From positions 31,124,001-31,188,000 of the forward strand of contig NC_134482.1 in assembly GCF_964194025.1 (NCBI RefSeq): a stretch of 64,000 nt of DNA, given 5' to 3'. Below, in pieces: positions 36,612 through 49,442 of this stretch (positions are counted from its first letter, which is position 1; the number at the start of each line of letters is the position of its first letter). The notes beneath the pieces were generated by a model. The model saw only the letters and a program-made list of their open reading frames with translations. It was not told where the DNA came from and made no database searches. The stretch is from Convolutriloba macropyga (Eukaryota). The translations under genes and the position numbers were made by a program.

Positions 36612-38612
36612 GTAATTTTTCCAGCGACGACTATTGTGATCTCCAGAGTGCAGTTGACAACCTGAGAGGACCTAGTGAGTTGTGTTGGCGTGTCTTTTGC
36701 CTCAGGAAAACTGTCCTAATTCACGCCGGCTCGGTTGTTTTCTTGTGGTATTTGAGGAGAGACACTACAACAGGCCTCTGTATATGTGCTCATTCAATTG
36801 GAAAAATCCGCCTCGTTAGGTTGTTCTCTTTTCATAATTCCTGGATGTTGACTTCAGGAACTCATTGTTGGCGTTGTCGAGTTGTTTTATAATTTTTTAA
36901 CTATCACCTGAGCGTTTAGGTCAGAATCGAAGCAGTGAAGTCAAAAGGTCTGAACCTATTATCCGAGGGAGAATTCAAAACTGACAACAGTTAGGATCAT
37001 CCTTTTTGTCCTTGTATTATTGTTCAACTTGTTTGAGGTTCTTATACACATCGTGTTCTGGCTTTCAGATCTTTTTGATTGATTTCTGAAGTGCCTCATC
37101 ATACAAGTCTTCTGTACTTGATCAGCCACAGAGTAAGTCCTCGGTTTTGTTGGATACAGTGTATTCGCAGTGGGTCAATTTGTGACCACTTTGTAAAATT
37201 GGATTGTCATAAATGGTTGAAATGAAAAAAAAATACCATAAGCGCTACTTCAAAGAGTTTCCTGAGAAGCGGTCGAGAATAATCTTTAGAAGACTGAAAG
37301 CTATCATCATGGTTTGATGATGCATTTACACGAGTTCGTGGGTTAGTTGTTGGAACTGTTGCTTTGGAACTATAAAGGGATTAAATTGCAACGGAAAAGT
37401 TTTTTGTCTCTCTGTTTTGCGTCTTCTTTGTCTCTGAGAATGAAATATCCTTTTGATGAGCAATTAAATTATTTGAAATTTGCTGATCAAGGGATGGCAA
37501 TGGGTTCGGCAAATTTAATTGAAATTACCAGGCATTGCTTTTGTTGAAGCTCCAACGTCACACCAGAAATACAGTACACACGGTCGGACAGTTGATCTCG
37601 CTCGGACAGTTGATCGCTCAAATAAATTTTTAGCGACGACTATTGTGATCTCCAGAGCACATTTGACAATCTGAGTTGACCTGGAGAGTTGGGTTGGCTT
37701 GTCTTTTTCTTCAGGGAAATTGTCCTAATTCGCGCCGGTTCAGTTGTTTTTTTGTGGTATTTGAGGATAGACATTACAACAAGGCTCTAAAATGTGCTCA
37801 CTCAATTGGCAAAACCAGCCAGTTTGGGTTATTCTATTCTCCTATTCATTGGATGTTGACTTCAGCAACTCATTGTTGGCATTGTCGAGTTGTTTCGTAA
37901 TGTCTTAACTATCACCCGAGCATTTAGGTCAGATTCAAAGTAGTGAAGTCAAAAGTTCTGAACCTAATATCCGAGGGAGGATGCAAAACTGACAAGCAGT
38001 TGGGATCATCTTTTTTGTCCTTGTACTACTGTTCAACTTGTTTGAGGTTCTTATTCACATCTTGTTGTGGCTTTCAGATCTTTTTGATTAATTTCTGAAG
38101 TGCCTCATCATACACGTCTTCGGTACATGATCAGCCATAGAGTAAGTCCTCGGTTTTGTTAGTTACAGAGTCTCCTCAGTGCGTCAACTTGTGAGCACTT
38201 GATAAAATTGGATTGTCGTTAATAATTGATTTGAAACAAATTTACTATAAATGCTATCTCAAATGGTTGCCTGAGCATTGGTCCAGAATAATCTTTAGAA
38301 GACTGAAAGCTATCATCATGGTTTGATGATGCTTTCACACGGATTTGTGGGTTTTTTTAAGGGAACTGTTGATTTGAGAATTAGAAAGGGATTAAATTTG
38401 ATTGGAAGATTTTTGGAGACATCTGTTTTGTGTTTCTTTGCTTTTAAGAATGAATAATCCACTTGATGAGCAATTAAATGATTTGAAAGTTAGTGAACAA
38501 GGCATAGCAATGAGTTCGGCAGATTTGATCGAAATTGTCAGGCAATGTTTTTGGTGAAACTCCAACGTCACACCAGAAATACAGTACACACAATCGGATG
38601 GTTGATCGCTCA
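36612..38612. repeat. Diverged ~1010-bp tandem duplication within decayed coding-like sequence
   Basis: AGCGACGACTATTGTGATCTCCAGAG at 36623 and 37632; CTCCAACGTCACACCAGAAATACAGTACACAC at 37550 and 38560. Confidence 0.9.
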
Positions 38613-41600
38613 AAGGATTGAGGGAAGCCAAGCCTTGCATTAGACTATCCTCGTCGGGTCTCGGGAAATTATAAAACTGCTTTTTGTCATCTGCGATGCT
38701 ATTATTCTCTGTGTCTGACTGGCTTTTGCTGGCTTCTCTTGGTGCGTGTCGTACTTAGCGTCACTTTCTCCTTCATTGTTGATATTAAGGTCACGGTTTT
38801 CTGACGGTGAAGGATCTCGGGTTTCAGAACTGAACACCTCATTCAAGTTCCTAGTTTTACGTTCTACCTGCTTTTACTTTTTCTGTTTTAAGTTTCATTT
38901 TGCTGGGTTGTTTACAAATGGCTCCTGAGAAAACAACTTTATCTCCGTAGCTTTCTGGGTTCAGCCGAGGAGGCGAACTTTGGTGTTTTGAATTATGAAG
39001 CAAAACGTTTTTTTTGTTTTGTCCGTTGCAATTAGCAGTTCCTCACGGCATGTTTTTCAACAGCAGCGTTAAAATTTCCTTGCGCCAGACTCCTCTCTTG
39101 TCCGAGTTTCCAAAGAATGCGATCACGTTTCTTTTTTTGCGTTCGAAGCTCGTCAAGGAGCTCTTGGAGGTCTACTGCTTGATGCCTCTGTTGTTGTGCT
39201 TTTTGCATCTGTTTCTCGGAAGGTGCTGTGCTGCTGTCCACCCAATGGCTTTCAACTGCAGGAAATGCAAGAGTTTTATCTTGGAGGTTGACTGCTCTCA
39301 TTTTTATTAACATAGCTTTGATCTGTCTTGCAGGCTATTGGTAACATAGTTTATGGTTTCACCGAAGTGCGAAAATTTAAGTTTTCTCTGTTCATTTGAG
39401 GCGATGTTTTGGTTTTAAAACCAAGGATACATCATAAATTGTCTTTTCAAGTATGATCCGCTCTAAATGACAACAACTGATTTTCACGAGTTTATTGTTC
39501 AATGCGTTAGTGTATAATTTTCTATGGTCGTTAAATAATAGCTGACGAAAGTGCTGCTTTTAAACCAACATTTTTTTTCAAAGTTAAAATTGGCATGTTG
39601 GAAATTATGAATGATAAATAAGCAAAAGTTTTAGTATTGTTATATCAAAAGAATTGAAGCTAGAGATATATTTTTTCAGCGATTAATAATAAAGACCGGG
39701 CTTGAGCTTTAAACAATTACTGACCGGTTACATTTTTCAGCCGGACCCTTTCAGACTATCGGCGATAATCAGACCAATCGAGATGACAATCTGTACTGTT
39801 CAGTTTCACGCTCTTTCTTAAACGTGCCCGTTTTGGATATGCCTTTTATCAGACCAAACCCAAAATTTTTGTCAAAATTGCAATTGGTGAACTAGTTTTT
39901 GTAAATATGTTTTTTTCAACTGCTCTCGAAACAAATGACTTTGTCGTCCGTGACATTTTGAATTTGCCAAATAAAAGTTTATCTGCCATTCACAATTTTA
40001 AACAGTTGAACTCAATTGTGAGCTGACACTGGCCACAATTTTTTACTGTAGAGGCTGAGTGTTTTCATTTTGCTTAACATGGCTTTGAACTGTCTTGCAG
40101 GTTTTGGGTAACTTTGTTTATGGTTTGACTAAAGAGCGAAAATTTAAGTTTTTTCTGTTTTTTGAGGCGATGGTTCGATTTTAAATCTTAGGATGCACCA
40201 AATTTTGTTTTTTGTCTTAAGTATCATCCGCTTTTACTTATGACTTTTACAGCAATTTTGAATATGGTAAGGTTTTGGGGTTTAAAAGGTTACTGACTAT
40301 TTACACTGTTCATCTGGATCAATCCATACTATCAGCCATAATCAGACCAATAGGCAACCGAAATCAGAAAAATCGCACTGTAATGGCAAGAACAACTTGA
40401 AGCAAGATTAAAATAGTAAAAAGTATTTTGACAACATATTATTCTTAATTCACTTCCAAAATTTGTTCATCCGAATTACATAAAACCCAAACTTGTCTTG
40501 CGTATTCTTGGCCGTTTACCTTCCTTTATACAACCTGCTGATTTCTAGAACTCTATGAGTCTCGCTCACGGTTGAGCCTCATGAAGCCGACCGATTGAAT
40601 TTTAACTTTGTTAATTTCGGGTCCAACTGCTCCTTCACAAATTTTTATAATGGCCAGGGCGCTTTATTTCAAGCAAAAGTTGAGTCCCATAAAAACACCA
40701 TCTTTCGTCCAAATTTGTCATTTTCTTGAAGCGTGGTTTTTTTTACCTCAGGATGACCCCAACATCAATTCTCGGAGACACAACAGCTGTGAACTTTTAA
40801 CCGGGCACTATTTTCTCCTAACTATCCAACTGCCGGAGCCTGGTGTTCACAAAACATTTTCAATCAAACAATTACACCTATGTTGTACTGGTTAATGCCC
40901 ATTGCATTATAAGCAATACACGACTACTCTCTGCATATCTTTTTCACTGATTTTGATATCAAAATCAACAGCAAAAATAACTGTATTAGATCTGTCATAG
41001 TCCATTGAGTTCACTGCGCGATTTGACTAATTTTTTTCTAGGATGAAAAATGACTTCAATAATTTCAAGCTATTTCCTGAGTATGAAAATGACAACAATA
41101 TTTAAAAAACTTATTAAATGTAATTTTGCTTGATTTTCTTGGCTGCAAGGCATAACATTTTTGACACTAATATACATATTTTATACATTTTACAGAGCAA
41201 TCTTGCTTGTCAACTTCGTAAAAAGAACGCGATGAAATTTGCCAGATGACAGAAAAAGCCCATCATGCATGATCGTGGAAGAAATCTTTCAAGATAGGCC
41301 ATAACATGCAATATTTTTCAAGATCAGTAAGATTTCACAAGAACTGGCTTTTTCTCACCAAAGCGATACCAGAGTGGGACCGCAACGGGAAGACTTCTTA
41401 GGTAAAATTTACTTCGTTTTTTGCCTCCATATCCGAAGATTGAAATTCTAGAATCCACAAAATTTTTTCTTTGGCCTCAAGCGTACCGATGCATGACTAA
41501 ATGCTTGCAATCTATTAGAATAAGATTTGCAAAACAAATTACATTATTTCATCCGCTCCCTCTCCCTCAACAAATTACATTGAAATCACTGACATCATAA

Positions 41601-42487
41601 TTTTGTTCGAGAGACAGTTCTTCAAAATTTTAAATTTTTCACATTGCAGCCCAGTCTTACATCAAGATTTTGGCAGAAGACTTCATTGAGGTGATCAACC
41701 CAAGCCAGCACTGATCAGATTTAATCGGGTAGCGCAAAGTTGGTACAGTGCAAATCAGCGACAGATACTGGCAGCAATTCTAGGGTCTGGATAGTCTGAT
41801 CGGTGCCGCATCCAAACTATGCGTGGTCTGATTAAGGCCGATTCCAGACTCTGAACGAGCTAATCAGAGCAGGCTAGAATTTGCATAGTGAAAAGTTATG
41901 GTCTCTATAATCTGAACAACCCTTTCGAGAGTTTACAAATTCTGATCATTCTTACATCAATTAAATGGCAATTCACCTCTTATGACAGAATACGTTTTTG
42001 TGGTAGCCGTAATAATAATGACCTCGGTTAAATTGTTCTGTTTTCTATGACAGATTTTTGTCAATTTTCATTTTATTTTTTTTCTACAGCATTACCTACT
42101 AAACTTCTTTTTAGGCAGGTATTTTTACTCACAATTTTCACTGTTTTCCGCAGGGAACTTTAACAACATGATGATAAGGCAAAAAGGAACCTACATAATA
42201 AGGCAACATGAAAGGAAGCCTAATTGATAAATACTTGAAAAACAGTCCTTAGGAAAACTGATTGCGGGTTGAAAATCTATTCACTGATTAACTCTCACTC
42301 AAATCTCTACTTGTGAGAAATTATGGCATCTCAAAGATGTCTTAAATATTTAATGAATAATTTCGCAAAAGAAAGTTCAAGGTCAAATGCACCCATGCAG
42401 AAAACAGTGAAGAAATAATGATTTTTAATAATAAGCAGAAAACCCATACAGTAGGTATAATGAGTAATAAGAGGTTGAATAGAAAAC

Positions 42488-42607
42488 CTTTGCGGTCAAA
42501 CATTCTGAAGATTTCCTGAAGTTGTGTTTCAATGTCAACTTCTCCCTGTTCTGAAATTTTCTTCGCCATCATCTCGCAAAACTCATCGAATGAAATTTCA
42601 CCACTGC
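42488..42607 (-). CDS. Calmodulin-like paralog 1, exon 3
   Basis: TTTCAG|GSGEISFDEFCEMMAKKISEQGEVDIETQLQEIFRMFDRK-G|GTTTTC. Confidence 0.88.
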
Positions 42608-42847
42608 CTGAAAATATTTCATCGGATCCCCATATTAAAATTTCTTTGATTTCAAATAAGGTTTATGCAAGATTTCATACTGCCCATACTCGTTTTCCTA
42701 GTACGATCTTCCGATGAACATCAAGAAAAAACAAAACATAAATGATAAAGAAATCCAAGTTTTCATATATGAACCTAGCTTGAGATTAGGAAAAGTGAAA
42801 GGGCGTTCTTTGGTTCTAAGATGTTAAGCCAAGTGATTCTAACTCAC

Positions 42848-42949
42848 CGTCGGCGTCCACTTCGTCCATGAGTTCTTTCAATTCCCTCTGAGAGACATTC
42901 TGGCCCAGTGCTTGCAACATACTCTTTAACTCGCTCACATTCACACTCC
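42848..42949 (-). CDS. Calmodulin-like paralog 1, exon 2
   Basis: TAATAG|GSVNVSELKSMLQALGQNVSQRELKELMDEVDAD-G|GTGAGT. Confidence 0.9.
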
Positions 42950-43459
42950 CTATTAATCCACAAAACTCCAATATTGCAATTATTTACTAAGATGACACAC
43001 CAAAATAAATCTTTTCCGTGACTTTCCCCAATAATTTTTTATGTTGCGTCTGTTATTAAATACGAATTCTAGAAAATTGATCCGTTATATGTTTTTGCAT
43101 ACATAATTATGGATCGCTTGAATTGCTAAGTTGAACATGAGGCTTTCTCATAAATTTTTGAGTGGTTCGAAATTTCCAGTTTAAGAAAACATTGACAGCA
43201 TCTTGATTAATCCTATAATTGAAGTTTTCATCAACTAGAATCTTGTTTGGGTCACAATTTTGAGCAAAAGTATGTTTTAATTTCAAAAAATACTGTACCC
43301 CATTATACACCCCCCCCCCCCCCCCCCCCGTCGAAATTATACTACATTCTTCCTGGTATTTTTTTTTCGTTATGGGGGAATGGGCTCTAAATTATATGCC
43401 CACTAAGCTGTTGGGTGGGGGGGGGGGATAACAGGGGAAAATGTTTTAAATTGTCATAC

Positions 43460-43535
43460 CTGAGGCATCGGCGTCGAAGTCGTTAAAGACCTCCTGAAGC
43501 TCCTCAATTTCTGCTTTGGTCAACTGCTTCGCCAT
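43460..43535 (-). CDS. Calmodulin/troponin-C-like EF-hand protein, paralog 1, exon 1
   Basis: MAKQLTKAEIEELQEVFNDFDADAS-G|GTATGA. Confidence 0.9.
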
Positions 43536-45277
43536 TGCTTTGTCAAACAGTTTTCAGTAATAGAATAGAACACAACAGAACTGTTTTCTGTCACGCAAGG
43601 GAAAAAAATGTTAATCTTTTTTCATTTTTCTAACACTTCAGTTTTCGCTAACTCTTTTTTTTCTCTCCGCTTATTAAAATCTTTAACCATTTTTTCTATC
43701 ATTTCACTTGTGTAGATCAAATAGATACCCGTAATAAATTCCGTTATACCCCGAAGTTCCCTTAGAAAGTTACCAAGCCAAAATCGAAAAAGTTCAGACA
43801 GAAATGCTTTTCTGTATTTCATCACAATTTGTGAAATCCATTTTATATTGAATTCAAGTTAAAATTGCACTGGAAACAGTTCTGAAACTTTTTCTTCAGA
43901 GTATTCTGCAAAGTTATCACAATTAATTCAGTTAAATTAAAACTGTTGTTTACGTCACTCTAAGAGTAATTGTGTGTCTTAGCTGTACAATTTTAAAGAT
44001 ATGCATACACGCACAAATTTGATTAAAACTCTGCAATGTACTTTGTTAAGTGACTAGCTTGTGACAATTTTTTCTAGCTAAGAATTTGTTTTTGTATTCA
44101 AGGCTGTGTTAAGAGAGCTGAAAAAAAAACAAAAACAAAGAATGCGCTTTCGATTTGAACAGAGATGAGAATGTGTATGACAGCTCGGAATATGTTATTT
44201 CAATTTTTGAATCAATATTTGATAATGTCTCCAGTGCTTTTTGTTTTAAACGGTTACATAATTTTATAACCAACGCCAAAAAAACCCAATGTACCCAACA
44301 AATAACCAGTGCCAATCAACTGAACTTGTTCCCTTTGATGTTTTCGTTCAAAAATTTGGTTACAAATTAGCAGTTGGTATTATAAGCATGTATTTCTTTT
44401 TTATGTGGATAATTAATCCTATGTATGGTTGTGGTAGTTTCATATGAAGTTGCACGGGCTGCTGAGGCTAGGCCAAATGAATTAGTTTTATTTATAAATC
44501 TTATGTTAGATCGTTTTCTGGCAGTTTTGGCAATAGGGTGGGCATATATTGAGGAAGTTGGCATATTGGGTAATTTGGCATTGGATGTTTTGCCCTGACA
44601 CCGTTTTAAACGCGACGCATCTTAATTCATCTTTTGGAGGCACGAAAAATATACTGGTCAAAATTTAATTATCATTGAAGAAAAAACAAATGTGGAAACA
44701 AATCCCTGAACTTCAACAGGATTCATTGTTTGGGGCTTAAGAAAGTAGTTTTGACAGCACTTTCTTTATCGCTTACTTTTTTGATAATTTTTAAATACTT
44801 TGTTGAAAAATGTGTGATGCATATAAACACGTAACCGAGAAACATTGATTGTAATTGGAATATTCATCCAAAATTAACTCGAATCTTTCGAGGAAGAAGA
44901 AAAAATATTCGTTTACCTCGAAATTTTAATAAAATTCGTCACAGAATTTTATCGAATTTTTACTAAATATTTGCTTGAGATAGTTTATTTTAAACCAAAC
45001 TGATGATGTAAAAAAATCGTTTACGCAAATTTGTTGCCAAATAAAGATACTTTGTTCAATTAATTGCAGTTTGCGTATGATTGATCTTGTCATCTCTTGC
45101 AAAACTTGGACTAAAAATTGGACAAGAACATAAAAAACCAACATTTACCAACATAAATATAATTTTGGTATTTTCATGATAGATTGTACCAAGATCTTGG
45201 TACGATCTAATCACAACAAACATGGAAATCTTTTTACAGCTTTTGGCAAAATCTCGACATATCTTAATAACCGTTTA

Positions 45278-46110
45278 ATTATGAAAACAAAGTTTAGCTG
45301 CTTCAAGTTTCCTCGTCTTGAAAAATTTTGCAAGCCACGCGAGTATTTCAAAAAATGCTTATTACTGCGTCTGATTTTATCGGAGAAAAGATTTTCGGAC
45401 ATAGGATCTATGTTTTATAAGAAAAATTCGGCAATCTAAAATAACTGTTGAGTTTTTAATTTTGCCAAATGATATTTGGGATAACTTTACCCTCACTTTG
45501 TATTTTAAGCTCACAGCAGATTTTTAGTTTTTTTTGTTGGGAAAAAATACATCAAATAGCGATAATACCATTCACAATTGCTGTTTGATGTATTTCTTCG
45601 CAACAAAAGAAAACTAAAAATTTGCTGTGAGCTTTAAGTACAAAGTGAGGGTAAAGTTATCCCAAATATCATTTGGCGATCTAAATCTAAAATAACTGTT
45701 GAGTTTTTAATTTTGCCAAATGATATTTGGGATAACTTTACCCTCACTTTGTATTTTAAGCTCACAGCAGATTTTTAGTTTTCTTTTGTTGGGAAGAAAT
45801 ACATCAAATAGCGATAATAACATTCACAATTGCTGTTTGATGTATTTCTACGCAACAAAAGAAAACTGAAAATTTGCTGTGAGCTTTAAGTACAAAATGA
45901 GGGTAAATTTATCCCAAATATCATTTGGCGAAATCAAAAAACTCAACCGTTTTTTAGATTGGCGATTTTTTTCTTATAAAACATAGATCCTATGCCCGAA
46001 AATATATTCTCCAATAAAATCAGACGTAATAATAAGCATTATATTTAAATAATAGCATGGCTTATTAAAAGACGAGGGAACTGGAAACAGCTAAACTTTG
46101 TCTTCACAAA
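45278..46110. repeat. Large fold-back element with tandemly duplicated central hairpin
   Basis: Outer arms 45278-45460 and 45932-46110 are reverse complements; two ~248-bp copies (45433-45679, 45684-45931) each contain a ~100-bp stem. Confidence 0.9.
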
Positions 46111-46993
46111 TTATGAACGATTGAGCTGATGAGAAAAACTGAAAAAACATTTAAAAACCAATAAATCATTCAATTTCAACTTAAACTTAAAATAAATTCA
46201 TCGCTGTTTTAATATTTTTGGTGGAATAATTTTTAAATATAAAGTATTTAAATGTTTTGGTTGGAGATCGGGATCCTTATCAATTAGAAATAAATTAGCT
46301 TAAACCCGAAAATTGAAATTAAGCGAAATATCGTGATCGAATTGTGTATGCGATGAGCAAATATTAACAACTCATAAGCTCACCGCCGCATGTCAAGAAG
46401 CTGTACTTGTTACACGTACACTTTGATAGGTACGCTTAACTTTGAGAAACCAGACAAAACAAGAGATGTGTTCATAACTGATTCCCAATTTCGAGAACTT
46501 GGGAGTATAATGAGTAAGGACAAGCACATCAGGCTTGCAAGTACATTTTTTGATGGTTTGTATCCGGTACTGGTATATTTTTGCATTAGTGCTCTTGCTC
46601 AGACCTTAGCCCCCAAGGTACTAAGAAAACCGTCTAGCTTCTTTTTTACGCCAAACAATGCGAAACAAAAACTCAAATTTAAAACTAAGTAATTTTTAGT
46701 CAGCAATCATAATTTAAGAATATTTTACATGAAGTTGCAGCTTTCATTACCCTTTTCCGTTGTTTTTTTTCATAAACCAGGTGAAAATGTCGATGATACT
46801 TAAAAATTCTTGCAAGATTTTCACGAGATCTTGTATCGAGGTACATAATCTTGGAATGTAGAAATCAGTAGCAGATGTCACATACCGGGGGAGGTGGGGG
46901 AAAAGGGGGAAAATTTACAATTATAAAACAGTATGAACAATTTTGAACATATTACAGTTGTCATTTAGTAGCTGTTCAATGTCACCTGAATTA

Positions 46994-47144
46994 TTAACAG
47001 AAGTACATGTATCGGAAGTCGTCAAAGTAGACCCGGTCATCTCCGGCAGTCGAGGCCTCTGTAATCATGTTCTGGATTTTGTCTTCTGGAAGTTTTATTG
47101 ACAACATCTTCAAGCATTTTTTCAGATCATCGAAGGTGATGTAT
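46994..47144 (-). CDS. Calmodulin-like paralog 2, last exon
   Basis: TTTCTAG|(G)YITFDDLKKCLKMLSIKLPEDKIQNMITEASTAGDDRVYFDDFRYMYFC*; paralogous to 35227-35384. Confidence 0.88.
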
Positions 47145-49442
47145 CTAGAAAAATGCGAAGATAATCATTGGTTTGGACTAATCAAGAGGGAATTTGAAAA
47201 GGTGCTTCATTTTTGTTTGCGTAAAAAGTGTTCGTAAATAGTAACCAAAAAAATACCCCGAGGCAAGATCAGCACCCAGTTAGCCAGATCAGCACCAAGA
47301 GGTTGTTAGGAAAGATCAGCACCCAGTTAGCGCCCGAAAAAAGGGAAGATTAAATAATAGATGACAAATTAGATGGTGCAAAAGAATAGGTGCGATATTT
47401 ATGCATTTAAGATATATGCCCTCGAAGAAGAGAGTTCCCCGAAGCCGAGGCCCTGAACTAAACTATGATAAGAGGCATCCAGACGATAATAGCCGGACCG
47501 AACTCCAAGTCTGTATCAGTACTGTTTGAGTCTAAATTCAAGTCTTATTTCGTTTCAAAGTACTTGGTAAGTCTAAATACAAGTGCTACAAGTCTGACAA
47601 GTCTTATCTAGGAGTTGGATAACACTTGGAGGTTGATTCGCAAGTCAAAACCAACTTTTCAAAATTCTGCGAATAAAAATTTTGATTTCCGAAAAATTTT
47701 TTAACGAGATTCGGTTGTTGCTTCAGATTTTCTGTACTTTCTCGAGGCCCCTGAAAATCGATACCAAGTGATACCAACTGACATCAAGTGACATGACCAT
47801 AGTACTGAAAAAGTAATGAAATTAGACTGGCCCAGTAAGGAAATTGAATTGGCGTTATGCCCGTGTAAGTAACGACTCAGCGAAAAAATGTGTGCTCTGT
47901 TTTGGGAAACATGGTTGTTGTCAGAAGTTTTCAGCTTTAGGATTTGAACAAAAACGCCAAAAGCAATATTTTTATTTTCTCCATGCTATCAGTGCTTTGC
48001 TTGATAGCAAATATGACTCATAGTTTTCTCAGAAAAGGAAAAACTTTATAAGGGTTGTTATAACAGTTTAAGTCATAGCAAAGATGACAAACTGTCTGCT
48101 AATGTGACTACAGTTTCAATCACAACCAGTTTAAATAGCAGAATCAGTTGTGCAAAAATTGCTATCTAGGAAAATTTTGAAGAAAGCACTTGTTTATTTA
48201 TTCAGATGGACGGGTTCCAAAATGAAGGAAACTACCAGCTTTTGGGAAGATAATCTGTTGACATTGTCCAGTTATTAGCCGATGTAAATATAGTGACAAC
48301 GAATTAATTCTCCTGTCTCCAATGTAAATTGTGCTCTTCTATCAAAGACAAGGAGAACTTGACACCGCCCAACTTAAAATCTGTCCGAATTTTATTGTAT
48401 TATCCGCAATATTGTAGATTACCGATGTATACTTCAAACTCAATTATAGTCCCAATAAGAAATCGTTCAGCTTTGCTGTTTAACAAATTTATTCCACTCA
48501 GAACATCAAAATAATTCTATAACAAAGCAATCAATTTTTGTCGAGTTTTGTTAATAAGTCAAGTTAAAAAACAAAAAACGAAATTCTTATTTCAACAAAT
48601 TTTAGTACTATAACTTGGCTATACTTCAATCTCAAAAATTGCGAAAACAGTCAGAACTACAGCAAATGTAACTCAACAAAAATAGATTTTTCTTAAATCA
48701 TTTTAAATGTCAGCAAGTCTTTTTTATTGTTTTCAGTAACACCAATGTCAAACAAAAGTAGGCTTCGTTAAAGCCAGTGAGAGAAACTGACTTTATGATT
48801 TGCACAAAATTTTTCTTTACATAGGAATTTCGTTCCTAAGAAAGAGGAGTTTGAGAATATCAAAAATAATCTTCTTTTATCAAGTCAAATTAAATAAACT
48901 GTACAATCACTAATTTGATCTACAAAAGCAAAGCAAGATAAGCAGTATTTCACCACTCAAGAATTTTGAGTAAATACACACTGGATATTATTTTCAAACT
49001 TAACGATATTGGAAAGGTTTTTTGCAGTTTTTCAAGCTCTATTTTAAGTGTTTTACTGGTCAATTCTTAACTGTTGGTTAATTGGAGATTGCTTCGTCAT
49101 CAGATTCATTGAATACACTGAGTTTGGCTTTCTGCATACTTATACGGTGGCAGCCACTTTGACTTTTGTCTTTGTGTCTGGACTGAATTTGGCATATGGC
49201 ATACCAAATGGGATATCTTGTATTCAATTTGAGCTCAATTCGTTGAAAATTCCTAGATACTACGTATAAATCTTGACAAAAGTGAAGAAATCAATTTGGC
49301 TTCGATAGAATGTAGCCTTCAATTTTGCTTTTCATGCTAATCCAACTTTACTATTCGATTTAGACTTGAGTTGATTTGCTATTTGTTAAGCGCAGCCAAC
49401 TCATTCAGCGACCTTTAGGTTTGAATATTAAAAAAATAAAAA

